A stretch of 64,000 bases of DNA from Octopus bimaculoides (taxonomy: Eukaryota), in NCBI RefSeq assembly GCF_001194135.2, contig NC_068985.1, positions 33,388,232 to 33,452,231 on the forward strand, written 5' to 3'. Position numbers and translations under genes: made by a program. The notes beneath the pieces are model-generated. The model saw nothing but the letters and a program-made list of their open reading frames with translations. It searched no databases and was not told where the DNA came from. Positions 38,311 through 50,644 of this stretch are shown one piece after another (the first letter of the stretch is position 1; each line of letters opens with the position of its first letter).

Positions 38311-38842
38311 ACTTCCTGAGTCTACCCCTGTGGAAGGGGTAGACCCAGGAAGATGTAAGATGAAAGATGTGAATAACACTAAGTTGGTAACTATACAGTA
38401 TTTCTTTTATTTATATAACAGGAGAATTTTAGGTTGGAGGAGTCAGTATGATTGTAGAAGAAAATGCCTACATGTATGACGTTGACAGCACCTATGTGTA
38501 TGTAATGTATGCCATCATCATCATTATCGTCATTATCATTATTTTAATATCTCCTTTTCAATACTTACATGGATCAAAAGGAGTTTATTGAGGCAGATTT
38601 TCTATGGCTGGATGCCTTCCCTATTGCCAACCTTACATTTGTTTCTTGTTCAAGGTAATATTTCTCCATACCCAGACATGTTGTTGCAGAATATTGGAAA
38701 TGGTTGACACTGACTGCTTGTATGACAGTAATACTCATTTGCAATAATCATGTGACGCCAAAACAAGAAGACACAAACATAACACACACATGTGCATGCA
38801 TTTATGCACACATGCATGCACGCATTTACACACACACACACA

Positions 38843-38880
<38 letters not shown>

Positions 38881-38904
38881 CACATACACATACACACAAC
38901 AGGC

Positions 38905-39058
38905 CTCTTTCAGTTTCTGTCAACCAAATTCACTCACAAGGCTTTGGTTAGTCTAGAGCTATAGTAGAAGGCACTTGCTCAAGGTACCATGCAGAGGGAC
39001 AGAACCCAGGACTGTGTGGTTGGGAAGCAAACTTCTTGTTACACAGCCATGCCACTGC
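38905..39058 (-). mobile_element. SINE family D 5' part
   Basis: Reverse complement of GGCTGTGT..CAAGAAG.TTGCTTCCCAACCAC...ACCTTGAGCAAGTG.CTTCTACTATAGC. Confidence 0.8.
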
Positions 39059-39159
39059 TTATGTATGTATATTATTGAAGTAATTGGATGGTTCAATGGT
39101 ACAGAGTGACCAGTGGTTTCATCACCAGTGGGATATCTTTGAACAGATAAGAATTAAGT

Positions 39160-39552
39160 GAGCTGCAGGTGTTATGTTGTATTCAGGGATGGCACTGTGT
39201 TTGGTTTGGAACGTTTTCCTAATTGGAATGTAGGAATGTTGGTTTATTTATTTTGAGCTCACTTGGGTTTTGTTTGATGTCTTTGGGTTTTATATTAAAT
39301 ATGGAAATTTTCAGTGATTGTGTTGTTTGATTATGGGTGTGATTATGTTTGAACATATATAAACACACCTACAGTCCACACAATAAACATCCAAATCTTC
39401 CATTTTATATGCACAACTCCAATAATTCAAACAAAACCAAGCAATCTAAAAATAAACAAACCAACACCCTAACCCCTCAATTAGAAAATCATCCAAAGAT
39501 TGCACACGTGCATACACACTCAACAGAATGAGTATGCAAGACTTGACAGCTC
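39160..39552. repeat. Long degenerate palindrome with arms of about 190 bp
   Basis: 39241-39277 GGTTTATTTATTTTGAG...GGGTTTTGTTTGA is the reverse complement, with mismatches, of 39427-39462; similarity extends out to GAGCTG/CAGCTC. Confidence 0.6.
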
Positions 39553-40154
39553 AGCACAAATCCCATAAAAGTCAGTAGTTCCCTTCATTTCAGTTCTTGC
39601 ACATACTGGCTCTGATGAAGAAAAGAAAATCAACAGAAGCATTGTCCAAATCATAGCTTCCTTTCTGTATCCTCACTGTTATGACTCTTTCATTCACAGT
39701 TATAGGGAAAACACTTTTGATTCCTTACAAAATAACAAAAGAAGAAAACAACAGGAAAGGGATAGTTAACATGTTTTTTGGTCATACTTCTCTGCTATGG
39801 CTGTCATGGAGCTGCAATGTATCACATAAATTTTGATTGTATTTTAGCACATAACTTCCGTACATGAGAGAAAAGCATGAAGCAGTCTGCCAAGTTTTTG
39901 TTCAGAAAAATTCTTCTTTTCAAATGTCATCACTGGAATACCTCATCCCCTGGCGAAGAAGGTTGGTCTACAAGAGTTCTATACTGGTACTGTGTAAAAG
40001 GTACTCATGCTGGTGTCACATAAAAGCACTCATGCTAGTGCTACATTAAAAGCACCCAACACACACAGTAAAGTGGTTGGCAGTAGGAAGAGCATCCTGC
40101 TATAGAAATCAAGCCAAAACAGACAGGACACTTGTATTTATGTAAATGTTGTAC

Positions 40155-41050
40155 TTTCACCAGGAGAGATCTTCAGTGATAGTGTAGTTCAGCATTTGAA
40201 GTGATTGTGAAAATTCTGCTTCTGTGAAACTCATTATTAAATGAGGTGGGATGTGATGATGTTTTCTTGATATAAATAACGTTTGTGTTCTCTTGCAGTT
40301 AAAAGAGACAAGACTGGCATATCTGCATTTAAAGATTCTTTCAGAATTTTGATTTAAAGAATTGGTGCAGGTTAATTGTGTAGTGCACTGGTTGTAAGTA
40401 AATTGTGCATGATCAGGGAAGGTTAGAACAGTAAGTGTCACCCCGTCATCTGTAAAAATGAGTGTTGTTAGTCATGACGGCAAGTAAGTCATTGATGTAT
40501 ATAAGAAAAAGTATGGGGACAAAACTGAACCCTGAAAACTTTAGAGTTGATAGAATGAGGAACAGAAAGAATTCTATCTGTACATGTCATAATAGTGAAA
40601 ACTGATAAAAAGCAACCAATGCAAGAGATGATAGATAGGTGGAGCTCATGGGCAGGCAGTTCCAATAGAAAATCTACATGCTGGACACATTTGCAATTTT
40701 TTCTGATGTCAAAATCAACAACATTGCATTGACCAAATTTCTCCAAGTTGAGAGCCCACTGGTAGGTGACATAGGACAGTAGGTCATCATTTGGGATAGA
40801 TTTATAGAAACTGTACTGGGGGAAAAACAGAAATTTAAGGTGTTGGAGGATGTTATTGCAAATGGCTATCTTCATTATCTTAGAAATATTGGAAGTGAAT
40901 GCAATAGAAAAAAGTCACTAAGGTCAGAGGGGTTGCTACAAAAGGCAAATCAAGTTATGAAATTTCTTTGGTTCTTCAAAATATTACTTTTGTCATTATT
41001 CTTCTGCATTCTGCAATTTTGTAGCTCTTCATAGATTGCATACCCACACA
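40155..41050 (-). mobile_element. CR1/L2-group LINE RT fragment
   Basis: DLLSYVTYQW..LEKFG..VVDFDI (DIxKAFD region), then FLS...DRILSVP.SINS...QFCP.TFS.I (QGSVL region); decayed. Confidence 0.65.
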
Positions 41051-41784
41051 CAGAAGCCTTTCAGTGGTCATGTAATGTATTACTAACACATGATACCTAT
41101 GTATCATCTCACAACATAATAATATCACCCATTGCTACAGTCAACATCAACACACATAAGTTTTGACACATCATAATTCATTACACTACATTACATACAT
41201 TTCATCAGTATATGTTCAATAATTCCAACAGATATTTGAAAACCCTTTTGTTGAAATTTTACATACATTTTCTTTTCAGTCCACAAGGAAGCAATTCCAT
41301 TACAATTGAACAGGAACAGTGTAACAATTAGCTAAGTGGCAGATGACGGAAATAATACTATGTCAACTACTGACAAGAGGTATCATATGAATGTATGATG
41401 ACGTCTATGCCACACCTTACAAATGACAGAACAAAGACTCCAAGTACAACAGGATGAGGGAACATGACAGGCTGTTCCAAGAGAATGTGAGCATGCAGAT
41501 CACAGGATACAAAGATTACTCATCAACAAAAAAGAAAAGCTTTCATAATACAAATAACAATAGATGCTTTGAAAAGAAAACAGAGACAAAAGACTCTTCA
41601 GGCCCTGTTCAAACATCAGACAATCAACAATTTCAAATACAGAATTCAAATAAACAATATGAAAGAGATGGATAAGAAATGTTTTAAATAAGTAAATTGG
41701 GGGTGAGGTGGGGAATTACTGTAGTTAAATAAAAAATTTCCAAGTGCTGCTACAGAAACCCACAGATCTATTTGTGCTCTTATT

Positions 41785-42225
41785 ATAATCCTTTCTGCGA
41801 TAGGCACAAGGCCTAAAATTTTAGGAAAGGAGCTAGTCAATTACATTGACCCCACCCCGCAGTGCTCAACTGGTACTTAATTTATTGACCCTGAAAGGAT
41901 GAAAGGCAAAGTCAACCTCAGCAGAATTTAAACTTAGAATGTAAAGATGGATGAAATGCTGCTAAATATTTTGTCTGGCATGCTAATGATTCTACCAGCT
42001 TTATGCTTTTACAATAATAATAATAATCCTTTCTATTATAGGAACAAGGCCTGAAATTTTGTGAGAGGCACAAGCTGATTACATCAATCCCAGTGCTCAA
42101 CTGGTACTTATTTTAACGACCCTGAAAGGATGAAAGGGAAAGTTGATCTGAATAGAATTTGAAATCAGAATGTAAGGATGGCCAAAATGCCACGAAGTAT
42201 TTTTTCTGACATGCTAATAATTCTA
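41785..42225 (-). mobile_element. Two tandem SINE family A copies separated by (AAT)n
   Basis: Same arrangement as the 196-2686 cluster. Confidence 0.8.
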
Positions 42226-42560
42226 TTGTGATGAACAGGAATTACTAACAATTGTTCCCCCTCCATCTCCTCAACTTAGACAATTCTTAATTTCAGTTAA
42301 TAACAAACATGTCAAATTCAGATTTAATATCAGGACTTATAATAACTCAGTTTTAGCTTTCACAATACCAAATGTCACAGGCACTAAAGGATATAATCTC
42401 AATAGATTAGGGTTGTGTGAACATACAATACCTGGTTGAGTCTTGCATTGAAAACCTTCACATTTAATCGTAATCCACCAATCAGAAATTATAATTTATT
42501 GAACCATGCATTTATGATACAGCACATCAACAGGATCCACAAATAGTAATACATAGGACA
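42221..42560 (+). mobile_element. Helitron RepHel N-terminal fragment, copy 2
   Basis: PPPSPQLRQFL...FRFNIRTYNNSVLAFT...TIPG*VLH and downstream CIYDT (Helitron GQxYH and LYIYDT-like motifs). Confidence 0.55.
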
Positions 42561-43526
42561 CAAGCTATGATAACAATTTGTGACTTTATTTTACTAAACA
42601 CCCAAAAAGATACTAAAATTTTTTAACACTTAAAATTTCTCAATGATTATTCATGAACAAAATCACAATTTCAGGTACAATAGCTGATAGAATCAATCAA
42701 CTGTAGAAGTTGCAGTTGTATGTTCCAAGAGAGTCTTCCCTTGAAAATATCAATTTTCGATGTTGACAGATCATGACTCACTGAAATTTTCATAGAAATT
42801 TCAACAGAAATTTCAGATAGAAACTTGGTTTAACATTTGACATTGAAGGTTAAAGTTATAAAATAAAATGAATGAATAGCCACAGATACTGGCTTGTGAT
42901 TCTTTAAGATGATTCCCATTTACATTTTTATTCAGATAATTTAGCTTAAGAATACAACTGCAATATGTATACTAAAATTCAAGAATCAAGGTTATATTGG
43001 GTTAGATATCATCACAAAAAAAAAAAAAAAATCAGAGTTGAAAGATATCAAGATATTCACTGATATCAGAAGTAGCTTGGAGGATGTTTGGGCTTAAATT
43101 TCACAGTTCATAGCCCCCAGTCCAACAGCTTACAGTTCATTTATCCTAATAGCAATACATTTACTTCAATGAAGACAATGACATTCAATACATTATTCAC
43201 AGGAATGACATTATCTACATCCACTCTAACTGAATGAATGCTATTTACCAAGATTCACTCAATTTCACAAGTATTTTACATCTTACATACATATAATCAA
43301 TATATGCCTTGATACACAAAAACCAATCATCATCATATCAATAATTAATGAAAACCAATATCAGTGTTTATATGTATAAATGCACATACACACAAACACA
43401 TACCTGCATACATGCAAATGCACATATGTGCATGTGGTGTTTGTGTGCATGTATGTGCATAGATTGATAGATATAAGCATGCATGTATGTATATATGTGC
43501 ATATACATGTGTGTGTGTATGGTGGT

Positions 43527-46325
43527 GGAACAATACTCTAGACAGGGCCATTAGGGCAAAGAAACAGACCTGTAAGGCCTGGAAGAATGGGGGTAGCAGG
43601 GGACTGTATCAGTTAACCAGAAGGGAAGCTAGGAGACAGGTATATATAGCCAAGGGAGTAGCAGAAAAGAAGTTTGCTAATGTTCAGAGATGTGAGGACC
43701 AAAGAACTGAAGTATTTCGGATTGCAAGACAGTGGAGAGAAATGTGTCTGCATGGATGATGGTGCCCTTGCATTTAATGATTCTACAAAGAAAGAGGCTT
43801 GGAGATGCCATTATGAAAGACTGCTGAATGTGGAGAATGAATGGGAGAAGGAGAGTCTGTCAAAGGTTGACCCAACTGAGAGACCAGCCACCCGAATTGA
43901 CAGTACCCTGGTAGATAAAACAATTAAGTATATGAAGACAGAGAAAGCCCCTGGCCCATCAGGAATCACTACTGAGATGCTTGAAATATCAGGCAGTGGG
44001 GGTTATGGTCTTGTCACCTGCATCGTAAATCAAGTAGTTCATAAAGGAGTCATATCCAATGACTGGTGTAGTGACACCTTAGTCAACTGCTATAAGGGTA
44101 AAGGTGATGCTTTAGATAGAAATAACTATAAGGGTATCAAATTATTGGATCAGGTGATGAAAGTTACAGAGAGGGTCATAGCCCAACTAATTAGAGAGAG
44201 AGTTNNNNNNNNNNGAGGGTCATAGCCCAACTAATTAGAGAGAGAGTTAGCCTAGATGAGATGCAGTTTCGTTTTGTGCCAGGTAGAAGCATCACTGATG
44301 CTATATTTCTGGTAAGGCAACTGCAGAGAAATATCTAACCAAAGATAAACCTCTGTACTTGGCTTTCATTGACTTGGAGGAAGCCTTTGACAAAGTCCCC
44401 TGATCCCTTATCGGGTGGTCAATGCGGAAACTAGGGATAGATAAGTGGTTGGTAAGAGCTGTACAAGCCCTGTACAGGGATGCTGTCAGTAAGGTGAGGG
44501 TTGGAAATGAGTATAGTGAAGAATTGTGGGTAGAAGTAGGTGTTCACCAAGTATCAGTCCTCATCCCCCTCTTATTCATCATAGTCCTCCAGGCAATAAC
44601 AGAGGAATTCAAGACAGACTTCCTCTGAACAGACTTCCATAGACTTCCTCTATGCTGATGACCTTGCTCTAATAACCGAGTCTCTACCAGCACTAGAGAC
44701 AAAGTGTAGGGTGTGGATCAAGGTCTAGAATCGGAGGGCCTTAGGGTTAACCTAGCAAAAACCAAAATCTTAGTAAGTAGGAAGGCTGACAAATCACAAA
44801 CCCCTTCAGGTAGATAGCCCTGCTCCATCTGTAGAAAAGGCATAGGTAGAAACTCCATACGATGTACCCAGTGTAAGCTATGGATACATAAGATGTGCAG
44901 CAATATCAAAGGAAGGTTAAGCAAGAAAATAGTCTTTGTGTGTGGCAGATGCACAGGGGCAATAAATACTGAAGATGTACAGACTACAGATTCCATCACA
45001 TGCTGGGAGAAAAACTAGAAGTAATTGATAGTTTCCGCTACTTCGGCGACGAAGTCTGTAGTGGAGGTGGTTGCTTTGAGAGTATGGTGGCTAGAATAAA
45101 AATAGCCTGGGCAAAGTTTAGAGAGTTCCTATCTCTGCTGGCAACTAGGGGCCTCTCGCTCAGGATGAAAGGTAGACTGTATAATGCATGTGTGTGAACT
45201 GCCATGCTACATGGCAGTTAAACATGGGCCATGACTGCTGAGGACATACATAGGCTTGAAAGAAATGAAGCTAGTATGATCCACTGGATGTGTAATGTCA
45301 GTGTGTATACATGGGAGTGTGAGCACCCTGAGAGAAAAGTTGGACATAAGAAGCATCAAATTTGGTGTGCGAGAGAGATGACTGTGCTGGGATGATCATG
45401 CGTTAAATATGGATGAGGACAGCTGTGAGAGGAAGTGCCACACTTTAACTGTGGAAGGAACCTGTGGAAGAGATAGACCAATAAGACATAGGATGAGGTG
45501 GTGAAGCATGACCTTTGAACGTTGGGCCTCACAGAGGCAATGACAGGAGACCGAGTCCTTTGGAGATATGCTGTGATTGAGAAGACCTGCAACTAAAGTG
45601 AGATCACAGCCATGGCCAATGTCAATGTTGCATATCTGGCTCATTTAAAAGTACCCTTGATTCATTGGGCAATATGATATGCTTGAGAAGACCTGTTGAG
45701 TCAAGTAAAACCAAAATCATAGCTGTGGCCAGTGCCAACTGACTGGCTCCCATTTCGGTGGCACATAAAATGCATCTCCAAATGTGGTCGATGCCAGTGC
45801 CCCCTAACTGGCTCTCGTGCCAGTGGCACATAAAAAGCACCATCCAAACGTGGTTGATGCCAGGTTCACCTGACTGGCTCCTGTGCCAGTGGCACATAAA
45901 AAGCACCATCTGAATGTGGCCAATGCCAGTGCCCCCTTACTGGCTCCTGTGCTAGTGACACGTAAAAAGCACTATCCGAACATGATCGATACCAGGACCA
46001 CTTGACTGGCTCTTGTGCCAGTGGCATGTAAAAAGCACCATCCAAACATGGCTGATGCCAGTGCCCCCTGACTAGCTCCCATGTCGGTGGCACATTAAAA
46101 GCACTATCTGAACATGATTGATGCCAGGCCCACCTGACTGGCTCCTGTGCTGGTGGCATATAAAAAGCACCCGCTACACTCTTGGAGTGGTTGGTGTTAG
46201 GAAGGGCATCCAGCTGTAGAAACATTGCCAGATCAGACTGGAGCCTGGTGGGACCGCTGGCTTTCCAGACCTCAGTCAAACCGTCCACCCCATGCCAGCA
46301 TGGAAAACGGACGTTAAACAGTGAT
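43527..46325 (+). mobile_element. 5'-truncated RTE-clade LINE with seven 66-bp 3' UTR units
   Basis: WWNNTLDRAIRAKK, KAPGPSGI, NYKGIKLL, AFIDLEEAFDKVP, VGVHQ.SVL.PLLF and YADD at about 44651; several stops. Confidence 0.92.
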
Positions 46326-46340
46326 GTTGATATATATATA

Positions 46341-46371
<31 letters not shown>

Positions 46372-46379
46372 CATCATCA

Positions 46380-46740
46380 TCATCATCATCATTATCGTTT
46401 AACGTCCGCTTTCCATGCTAGCATGGGTTGGACGATTTGACTGAGGACTGGTGAAACCGGATGGCTACACCAGGCTCCAATCTAATTTGGCAGAGTTTCT
46501 ACAGCTGGATGCCCTTCCTAATGCCAACCACTCAGAGAGTGTAGTGGGTGCTTTTACGTGTCACCCACACGAAAAGGGCCACGCTCAAAATGGTGTCTTT
46601 TATGTGCCACCCGCACAAGAGCCAGTCCAGGGGCACTGGCAACGATCTCGCTCAAAAACCCTACAAGGCCAGTCAGGCGGTACTGGCAACGGTCATGCTC
46701 AGGATGGTACATCTTATGTGCCACCCGCACAAGAGCCATA
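46380..46740 (-). mobile_element. RTE 3' end in opposite orientation (tail-to-tail with 43527-46325), about 3 array units
   Basis: (TCA)n followed by GTTTAACGTCCGCTTTCCATGCTAGCATGGGTTGGACG...GGATGCCCTTCCTAATGCCAACC. Confidence 0.88.
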
Positions 46741-47519
46741 TATATATATATAAACATAATTCAGGGATCAGCAACAGTTTCTTCACCACATACCGAAGTT
46801 CAGAAATAGCAGCTAAAGTGCTAAAACTCCAACAGATAGTAGTACTTGTAACTCACAAAGGCAAAACAAGAAGAAAAACAACGAAATTAACCAGTCTTAG
46901 TTAATCATAGACGCGTTTCTGGATCAGAATGGTAAAAACCTTCATTTCTGTCATCAGAATGATATTCTAGTTGCAGGTTTGAAGATGCAGGCAACTATGC
47001 ATGCTCACACACAAACAGATAGACAGACATATATATAAATATACATATACATATGCACACACACACACACATGTGCACACAAAAAAACATACACATATAT
47101 GTATCTGTATCCTCCCTCTTCTCCTCCTCCTCATCATCATCTTCATTGTCCTTTTTCATCCAAGCAATCATCCCATTGCTTGACTGTTCTTTTTAAAGCA
47201 GCATGACTAGATGCAGCTCCCCAGCTTACCAGTTCCAGTCAAACCGTCTAACCCATTACAGCATGGAAAGCAGACGCTAAATGATGATAATGATGAGGAT
47301 GATATATAAATACACACATACTTATACGTACACACATACGCACATATGTGTGTGTACGTAAGTTATCTATAAATCAGAAAAAAAATGCACTCATATATTT
47401 GTCAAAAGAGTGGGTATATTATCTGAAGTTTACAGTATCATATATCCATTACGGCTGATCTTACCAATCGGTTTCGCACTAGGGATTTAACAGAGTATTA
47501 GGTAATAATCTGATTATCG

Positions 47520-47650
47520 TGGCACTCCGTCGGTTATGATGACAAAGGTTCTAGTTGATCCGATCAATGGAACAGCCTGCCTGTGAAATCAACGTGCAAG
47601 TGGCTGAGCACTCCACAGACACGTGTACCCATAATGTAGTTCTCGAGGAG
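47520..47650 (-). mobile_element. SINE family B 3' fragment
   Basis: Reverse complement of 17335-17445. Confidence 0.75.
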
Positions 47651-48650
47651 AATATTTGAAAAAAGATTTCCTTAAATTAAAAATTATCTATTATAGAAAA
47701 ATGTCTTAAAAACAGACAAATCTTTTGAAATCTTTTATCACAAATGATATAAATCCTTTGAAATGAAACATTTGTACTATGTAAGGATTTTTGTTGTTTA
47801 CAGCTTTTCAAACACAACTACTATGAGGTAATCCGTATAGAAGGAGTTTCTTTTAGTAGCAGTGTTGATTATTTACAGTTTAGTTTTGAATTTAGGATTC
47901 TTCTAAAGTATTCTTATTTTGTCTTTATCATAGTTGATTATTTTCTTCCTTTATTTTGAAGAAAGGAAATATTTTGAATTTTCCATTAGCACATGTTCAT
48001 TGCATGGAACATTTCTAAGAGATGAATCTTTGACTTGTTGCTTATGTACCCTAACCAGATCTATTAGTTTTAATCCAGTTTGCATTGGAAGATATTGTTT
48101 GGCCAAATGTAAGATGTGGTTTCTAGGATTATGATTGACTATGAATAGAATAATTCTCATTGCATCATGAGTATGCGATACAGTAAATGAGATTATTTTG
48201 CTTTGCAATTCATATTTGCATAGATTTTCAATTCTTTCCCATTCTTGAATATTGTTTTACCCTGTTCAATCATTTCATAGTTCCTACAACTAAATTCTCT
48301 GTAATTTGTCACCTGCATGATTTCTGATATGAATTTCATCTTTGTTAAGAGCTTTTCAAGACTTGGTGGTTGTCTTCAGCTGTTAATAATTTGTGATTCT
48401 TTAATTATTATTTTGAGATTGGTGTGGGATTGGAAGATATAGTTTGGTCAAATGTAAAATGTGGTTTCTAGGATTATGGCTGACTACGAATGGAATATTT
48501 ATATTTGTGTTTTTGTCTTTGACCTTATTGTGAATGTTTCTTGTGAGACAGAGATTGGGATTATTTTTACCTTTACTATTTATTTCTTTTTTGTATTTTT
48601 ATTTCTAAAGGAATATATTTAATTCTACCAGTCATATTTTTTTTTCATTT
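47650..48650 (-). mobile_element. Penelope-like linker/GIY-YIG fragment with an internal duplication
   Basis: ILFIVNHNPRNHILHLAKQYLP...IDLVRVHKQ; 48085-48160 is duplicated at 48425-48500. Confidence 0.6.
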
Positions 48651-50644
48651 GTGTCCATTACTATTAAATGTAAACATCTTGCCAAACAACCCATGGATTC
48701 AGGTTACAAGTGATTTATCTGGACAAACCACCTATACCTGGATACATTTCAGCTAACAATAGTTCTCTACATTTATGGGCCATGAGGGCATAATAAATGA
48801 CATAATGATAACTCAAAGAACTTTACCAAATAATACTTTCCAGTTAGACATGGACTGGGCCTATACTAGCCAAAATGTGTTTATCTGAGCTTATATATAT
48901 ACTAAAGAGTATGGAGACTTGTACATCCACAAAATTTATTTTATAGTTATATACAGCATATTATAATGATCTACACGTGTTTCTGCTGCAGCGACTACTC
49001 AGTGTTGCAAATGCAACCTTGCAACATTATCAGTTTGTCACTGAGTGACTAACAACTAAATGTAGTCCCTGACGTCAGATACTGATTGTTGTGGTTAGCT
49101 GTTAACTGAAACTTAACTGAGAGCTAATATGATATCAGCCCAGATAATATAGACACAACAAATTGTATGTATGTATGTATGTATGTATGTATGTATGTAT
49201 GTATGTATGTATGTGTGTGTGTATGTATGTATGTATGTATGTATGTATGTATGTGTGTGTGTATGTATGTNNNNNNNNNNNNNNNNNNNNNNNNNNNNNN
49301 NNNNNNNNNNNNNNNNNNNNNNNNNNNNNNNNNNNNNNNNNNNNNNNNNNNNNNNNNNNNNNNNNNNNNNNNNNNNNNNNNNNNNNNNNNNNNNNNNNNN
49401 NNNNNNNNNNNNNNNNNNNNNNNNNNNNNNNNNNNNNNNNNNNNNNNNNNNNNNNNNNNNNNNNNNNNNNNNNNNNNNNNNNNNNNNNNNNNNNNNNNNN
49501 NNNNNNNNNNNNNNNNNNNNNNNNNNNNNNNNNNNNNNNNNNNNNNNNNNNNNNNNNNNNNNNNNNNNNNNNNNNNNNNNNNNNNNNNNNNNNNNNNNNN
49601 NNNNNNNNNNNNNNNNNNNNNNNNNNNNNNNNNNNNNNNNNNNNNNNNNNNNNNNNNNNNNNNNNNNNNNNNNNNNNNNNNNNNNNNNNNNNNNNNNNNN
49701 NNNNNNNNNNNNNNNNNNNNNNNNNNNNNNNNNNNNNNNNNNNNNNNNNNNNNNNNNNNNNNNNNNNNNNNNNNNNNNNNNNNNNNNNNNNNNNNNNNNN
49801 NNNNNNNNNNNNNNNNNNNNNNNNNATATATATATACGTGTGTGTTCATACGAATGTATGTATGAATAAATGAATGTATATGTGTATGTGTGTGTGTGTA
49901 TGTATGCATGTATGTATGTATGTATGTGTGTATGTCCTGAGTATAACTTTAAACTGCATCTGATGGTTCAGAAGTTTCTGAGCTTTGAAGAGTGTGGAAC
50001 CACTACATAGCCACTATTGTTCCCAGGTCTATTCTAACCCAAAGTAGTTGTACCTGTCAGGATCCTAGCTGTGAGTCAACCAGCATATGTAATGACAATC
50101 GATCTGAATGCAGGGACACAGAAATCCTTTTTGTTCATATCAGGGTGTGCAGCATACAACATCTTTCTAGAAGTACAACACTGATGTAAAGCCTGTAGTT
50201 TCACATGATTATTGGTCATCTTGCTTCAGCCAGTCACTAGGTACTAATGAGGGAAACTCAGAGAGTGGTGTTCATATTGTACATGCATTTATCACTGTAA
50301 TCCAATAATGTACAGATGTCTCTTTATGATGACCTCATTTGTCATCTCATCTACTGGGAATCTTATGGCAATGGAATAGTGGTGAAGTGTGCTGACAACC
50401 AGTTTGAAGTGCGCAGTAACTCACAACTTTCATCGGTCACTAAAGCCACAAACCATGCTGTGAGATTGAATAATCATCTAAAAGGTTATGGACAAAAATC
50501 AAAAAATGCCATGGACAAGTAAGAAGGACAAGGAAATAGCAGTCATGTGTGAAGATGGAACAACCATCACGTATGTATATATATGTATTTTTGAATGTGT
50601 GTGTGCATGTATGCATGTATGTATGTATGTGTGTATGTATGTAT

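Noticed and set aside
41281-41675. Terminal exon of a receptor with tyrosine motifs
   Set aside because: It needs two stops and a frameshift to read through, and another frame weakly resembles a non-LTR retrotransposon; not supportable.
42221-42439. Duplicated host-gene exon (with 38011-38275)
   Set aside because: The peptide matches Helitron RepHel motifs better, and differences between copies are mostly non-synonymous.
44168-44250. Apparent tandem duplication inside the RTE RT
   Set aside because: The identical sequence lies on both sides of a 10-N gap, typical of an unmerged contig overlap.
45720-46170. CRISPR-like repeat/spacer appearance of the 66-bp arrays
   Set aside because: Whole units are homologous with no unique spacers, they lie in RTE 3' UTRs, there are no cas genes, and the DNA is eukaryotic.
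46441-46462. CTGAGGA-CTGGT-GAAAC hammerhead-like string on the antisense of the RTE tail
   Set aside because: No stem II, stem I or valid cleavage site; coincidental.
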